Positions 33,973-37,433 of a stretch of 37,433 bases of DNA are shown here, piece after piece. A model generated the notes under the pieces. The model saw only the letters and a program-made list of their open reading frames with translations. It was not told where the DNA came from and made no database searches. Numbering within the stretch: position 1 is the stretch's first letter; each line of letters starts with the position of its first letter. The position numbers and the translations under genes are program-made. The stretch comes from Candidatus Micrarchaeia archaeon (GTDB lineage: Archaea > Micrarchaeota > Micrarchaeia > Micrarchaeales > CABMGC01): NCBI GenBank assembly GCA_049966915.1, contig JBMFTS010000001.1, positions 1 to 37,433 on the forward strand, written 5' to 3'.

Positions 33973-35019
33973 ATGGCAGACTTCTCCAATCCACTATTAG
34001 AGGCAGGAGCACAGCCTAATAGCAATGTGCCCATGATAAAAATCGTTACAGTAGGTGTAGGAGGCGGCGGGAACAACACGATAAACAGGCTGCTCAAGGT
34101 AGGTGTAAAAGGCACCGAGCTTGTTGCAGTAAATACCGATGTTCAACATTTCAAAATCATAGACGACCGCATAAAGAAAATCCTCATAGGCAAGAGCATA
34201 ACAAGGGGCTTGGGCGCCGGGGGCGACCCCATGGTTGGCGCAAAGGCCGCTGAAACAGACAGGCAGCAGCTTGAGGAAGTGCTTGCTGGCGCGCAGCTCG
34301 TATTCTTGTGCGCGGGCATGGGCGGAGGCACAGGCACAGGTGCCACGCCGGTAATAGCGCAGATAGCCAAGGAGCAGGGAGCGATAGTAGTGGCAATGGT
34401 CACATATCCGTTCGACTTGGAGCGTGTAAGAAAAGTTAAGGCCGAAGATGGCATACAGCAGCTCAGGAAGTACGCCGACAGCGTCATAATACTCGACAAC
34501 AACAGGCTCGTAAAGCTTGTTCCCAACCTGCCAATGAACGAGGCGTTCGCCGTAGCAGACGACGTTCTTGCCAAAGCAATAGGCGGGCTTGTCTGGACAA
34601 TAACGCAGCCTAGCCTGATCAACATAGACTTCGCCGATGTTCGCGCCATAATGGGCAGCGGAGACGTGGGCTTCATAGCAGTGGGCACAGGCAAGGGCAA
34701 CGACAAGGTCGTCGCGGCAGCCGAATCGGTGATAAAGAACAAGCTGCTTGACGTTGATTACGAAAACGCTAAGGGCGCATTGATACACATAACCGGTGCG
34801 TCAGACCTCACCCTTGGCGACGCAATAAAGGCAGGAGAGCTTATAACGGAGCGCATGGACCCTAAGGCCAACGTCAAGTGGGGCGCAAGGATCGTGCCGG
34901 GCTACGAAGGCCAGATAGAAATAGTTGCGATAGTGACAGGAGTGAAGGGCGAAAGCATAGTGGGCAAGCTTCAGGACAAGGAAAAGCCGGAGCCCACGAT
35001 GGGCCTAGATTCGCTATAG
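33973..35019 (+). CDS. ftsZ: Cell division GTPase FtsZ (paralog A)
   Basis: It has GVGGGGNN, GLGAGGDP and the tubulin signature GMGGGTGTGA. GGTGA lies 5 nt upstream of the ATG. Confidence 0.9.
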   Translation: MADFSNPLLEAGAQPNSNVPMIKIVTVGVGGGGNNTINRLLKVGVKGTELVAVNTDVQHFKIIDDRIKKILIGKSITRGLGAGGDPMVGAKAAETDRQQLEEVLAGAQLVFLCAGMGGGTGTGATPVIAQIAKEQGAIVVAMVTYPFDLERVRKVKAEDGIQQLRKYADSVIILDNNRLVKLVPNLPMNEAFAVADDVLAKAIGGLVWTITQPSLINIDFADVRAIMGSGDVGFIAVGTGKGNDKVVAAAESVIKNKLLDVDYENAKGALIHITGASDLTLGDAIKAGELITERMDPKANVKWGARIVPGYEGQIEIVAIVTGVKGESIVGKLQDKEKPEPTMGLDSL

Positions 35020-35028
35020 GTGGTGCAA

Positions 35029-36048
35029 ATGCCTGACGAGTTTGATTACGACTCATTCACGCCCAGAGTAGCGGTGGCTGGAGTGGGCGGACAGGGCAGC
35101 AACCTTGTAAACAGGCTGTATGTCAACGGCATAAAAAGCGCCGATACAATAGCCATAAATACCGACATAGCGCACCTCAACATGATAAAAGCCAACAAGA
35201 AGGTGCTCATAGGCAAGGAAATAACAAACGGCCTTGGCGCCGGGGGCTTTCCGGAAGTTGCAGCAAAATGCGCCGACATAAGCAGGGAAGACATAGAAAA
35301 GGCCCTTGAAGGCTACAACCTTGTCTTTGTTGCTGCCGGCATGGGCGGAGGCACAGGCACTGGCGCTGCGCCGACAGTTGCAAGAATCGCAAGAGAATTG
35401 GGAGCTACAGTAATAGGCACGGTAACATACCCGTTCGCGCTTGAACGCAGCAGGAAGGTGAAGGCTGAATGGGGCATACAGCAGCTTAGCAAAGAAGCCG
35501 ACGCGGTGATAGTAATAGAAAACGACAGACTGCTGTCGTACGTGCCGAACCTGCCAATGGAGAAGGCATTCGAGATCGTTGACAACATAACCGGCAACGC
35601 GGTAAAGGGAATAGCGGACACAATCATGCTGCCCAGCTTGATAAACCTCGACTTCGCTGATCTAAAGACCGTTGTAAAAGACACAGGCACAGCCGTGATA
35701 AGCATCGGCACCGGGCAGGGCAGCGACAGGGTGGAGCAGGCAATAAGGTCAACGCGAACGCACCCGCTGCTTAGCGTAGAGTACGAAGGGGCAAAGGGAG
35801 CCCTGGTGCATGTGTCAGGAGGAGCAAACCTCACCATAAGCGAAGCGACAAGAATCGGGGAAGGTGTTACTGAGGGACTTGCACCAGACGCCAACGTAAT
35901 ATTCGGCGCAAGGCTCGTACCGCAGCTTAACGACCAGATAACTGTAATGTCAATAGTAACGGGAGTCAAAGCAAAATTCGGAGAAGCAAGGAAGCACGAA
36001 GAAGCGGTAGAGTCGCTGAAGCTCCAGAACATCGACAGGATATTCTGA
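35029..36048 (+). CDS. ftsZ: Cell division GTPase FtsZ (paralog B)
   Basis: It has GVGGQGSN, GLGAGGFP and GMGGGTGTGA. By eye it is roughly half identical to paralog A. It starts 9 nt after paralog A's stop and is preceded by GGTGGTG. Confidence 0.9.
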   Translation: MPDEFDYDSFTPRVAVAGVGGQGSNLVNRLYVNGIKSADTIAINTDIAHLNMIKANKKVLIGKEITNGLGAGGFPEVAAKCADISREDIEKALEGYNLVFVAAGMGGGTGTGAAPTVARIARELGATVIGTVTYPFALERSRKVKAEWGIQQLSKEADAVIVIENDRLLSYVPNLPMEKAFEIVDNITGNAVKGIADTIMLPSLINLDFADLKTVVKDTGTAVISIGTGQGSDRVEQAIRSTRTHPLLSVEYEGAKGALVHVSGGANLTISEATRIGEGVTEGLAPDANVIFGARLVPQLNDQITVMSIVTGVKAKFGEARKHEEAVESLKLQNIDRIF

Positions 36049-36050
36049 CC

Positions 36051-36120
36051 TGTTTTATTTTTCTTTTTATTTTTCTTTTTCTTTTCGGCTTTTGCTTTGC
36101 TTTCCCAGTTTCCGCTTTTG
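36051..36120 (+). terminator. Oligo-T/pyrimidine-rich terminator tract
   Basis: The tract tgttttatttttctttttatttttctttttcttttcggcttttgctttgc... begins immediately after the ftsZ-B stop. It shares the ttctttttcttttc core with the 26261..26317 tract. Confidence 0.6.
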
Positions 36121-36316
36121 CAGTCAGCAGCGGCAGTTATTTGCTGCTTCTTGCAGGTTTTAGCGGAGTGCTATTGTTCCTGGCTGCTCTTTCCAGCGCT
36201 TTGCTAATTTCTTGCATGCCTGCATGTCCTGCCAGGATTTCGAAAGGCGAAATCCGATCCCGCTCTGCGAATCTCAAAGGCGTGCTCGGGCCCGCGATAA
36301 TCTGCCTCTTCTTTTC

Positions 36317-36356
36317 GTGGTTGGTGTTAGTGTTAGTGTTCGTGTTCGCGTTCGTG
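36317..36356. repeat. Short tandem hexamer repeat (GTGTTA/GTGTTC/GCGTTC, about 6 units)
   Basis: I read it directly from the sequence: gtggttg gtgtta gtgtta gtgttc gtgttc gcgttc gtg. Confidence 0.8.
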
Positions 36357-36424
36357 CCATCACCATACACATAAGTAACCAAAAGCATAAACGCTTTTCC
36401 GCAAGCAGCTTCGGCAAGTCCATG

Positions 36425-36441
36425 AAATATAAAAATAAAAA
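36425..36441 (+). promoter_or_regulatory. AT-rich TATA-like tract upstream of transporter gene
   Basis: The tract aaatataaaaataaaaa lies about 25-35 nt upstream of ATG 36463. Confidence 0.4.
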
Positions 36442-36462
36442 GCATAAGGCACATGATTAATC

Positions 36463-37392
36463 ATGCACAGCAAAGGTCTTGCATACTTCGTAGCCGTCTT
36501 GACCGCCTTGCTCTACAGCGCCTGGTATATAAGCATGAGCTTCCTTGCCAATACTTACACGGGCACCTACACTCCTATTTTTGTGCTATTGCTCATGTTT
36601 CTTGTTTTGCTTGTTCTCAGGCTGTTTCCAAGCCGCAACAGGCTCCACCTTTACTACGCCACAGACATAGCATATCCGGCTATTTCCGGATTGTTCTACG
36701 CGCTGGGCAACTACCTGTTTTACGTGGTGATTTTCAAGCACGGCGTGCAGTTCGCAAGCTCGTTCGGCTCTGCTGAAATAGTGTTCTTTGTATTGTTCTT
36801 GCTGCTTGCCGGCAAGCAGAAAACAAGAATGGGCTATTACCTATTAGGCTCGCTGCTTATCGCGACAGGCCTCATAACAGAATCGGCAGTTTTAGGAGGT
36901 GTGGCGATAAGCATAAACGCTTCCATGCTGGCGTATGGCTTTCTTATAGCCCTGACATACGGCATTGCCACTTATTTCTACTATCTTTCGACCAAGAAAA
37001 TAGAAAGCGTGTGGGGCACTATATTCTACGTGACCTTTTTTGAAGCAGCAACATACTTCCTGCTTTTTGTCTTCCTGTACAAAAGCATAGCAATACCGCG
37101 TCTTGACCTTTCCTTTGCCCTGCTTCTCGGCGTAGCCTCGGGCATTCTCTTCGTGGCGTTCCTTGCAGAAACCGTAATGATGAAGCTGCTGGAGCCGTTC
37201 GGCGAAGGCACGACCGCAACAGGCTACATACTCAGCGACTTGGAACTTTTGCCAGTCATGTTCTACGCCGTTTACTTGAATCCCTCAACATGGCTCTCTT
37301 TTGTCCCGGGCATGATCCTTATTACAGCTGGCATGGCCCTGCTAGACTGGCGGAAAGGAAGCAACGACGAGCAGCGCCTAACGGCCCCATGA
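36463..37392 (+). CDS. Polytopic membrane protein, possibly DMT/EamA-type transporter
   Basis: It is 309 aa with about 10 hydrophobic segments in two halves. The family call is tentative. Confidence 0.45.
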   Translation: MHSKGLAYFVAVLTALLYSAWYISMSFLANTYTGTYTPIFVLLLMFLVLLVLRLFPSRNRLHLYYATDIAYPAISGLFYALGNYLFYVVIFKHGVQFASSFGSAEIVFFVLFLLLAGKQKTRMGYYLLGSLLIATGLITESAVLGGVAISINASMLAYGFLIALTYGIATYFYYLSTKKIESVWGTIFYVTFFEAATYFLLFVFLYKSIAIPRLDLSFALLLGVASGILFVAFLAETVMMKLLEPFGEGTTATGYILSDLELLPVMFYAVYLNPSTWLSFVPGMILITAGMALLDWRKGSNDEQRLTAP

Positions 37393-37433
37393 CTGCAGCG
37401 GCAACGCAGCAACAGAGGTATTTTTATTATTTC

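Noticed and set aside
33997-36032. Long minus-strand ORFs (263 aa, 199 aa and 239 aa) opposite both ftsZ genes.
   Set aside because: They are antisense to unmistakable FtsZ genes. The peptides are low-complexity (Ser/Ala/Pro/Thr or Tyr/Cys/Arg rich). They are reading-frame shadows.
36317-36356. The tandem hexamer repeat, considered as a possible CRISPR or minisatellite array.
   Set aside because: The units are 6 nt with no spacers, there are no cas genes, and the total length is about 40 nt. It is a microsatellite-like repeat, not a CRISPR array.

Overview
This looks like an archaeal chromosomal window. The evidence is a form III RuBisCO next to AMP phosphorylase, archaeal-type ApgM and AspRS, an AglB/STT3-like oligosaccharyltransferase, an ATP-dependent DNA ligase, two FtsZ genes, and AT-rich TATA/BRE-like boxes about 25-30 nt upstream of first-gene start codons. 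I cannot assign a lineage from sequence alone; the gene content would fit a small-genome (DPANN/Micrarchaeota-like) or Thermoplasmata-like archaeon, but that is a guess. I call about 37 protein genes and one tRNA. They are densely packed, mostly on the + strand, with three short minus-strand islands. I saw no transposases, integrases, CRISPR arrays, rRNA genes or recognisable defence genes. The functional blocks, left to right, are: (1) rbcL(III)-AMP phosphorylase-apgM-eno operon; (2) a small ORF, a spermidine-synthase-like methyltransferase and a DUF155/RMD1-like membrane-anchored protein; (3) a GT2 plus an AglB-like N-glycosylation pair; (4) a minus-strand dsrE-like/tusA/SQR-like operon beside a MenA-like prenyltransferase and a probable long-chain prenyl-diphosphate synthase; (5) a GH15 hydrolase; (6) gatC-gatA-gatB-tRNA-Asn-aspS; (7) an encapsulated-ferritin-like protein, DUF72 and an ABC-2 exporter; (8) a GT4; (9) a Cys-motif HTH regulator followed by sufB-sufD-sufC-sufS; (10) DNA ligase; (11) tandem ftsZ paralogs; (12) a polytopic transporter. 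The points most worth follow-up are these: tRNA-Asn overlaps the gatB stop codon inside a complete transamidosome locus; a candidate Fe-S/thiol-sensing regulator heads the SUF operon; two genes (rbcL and the ABC ATPase) have conserved N-termini encoded upstream of any canonical start codon; the EncFtn-like gene has no encapsulin neighbour; and the sulfur-relay and quinone genes sit together.
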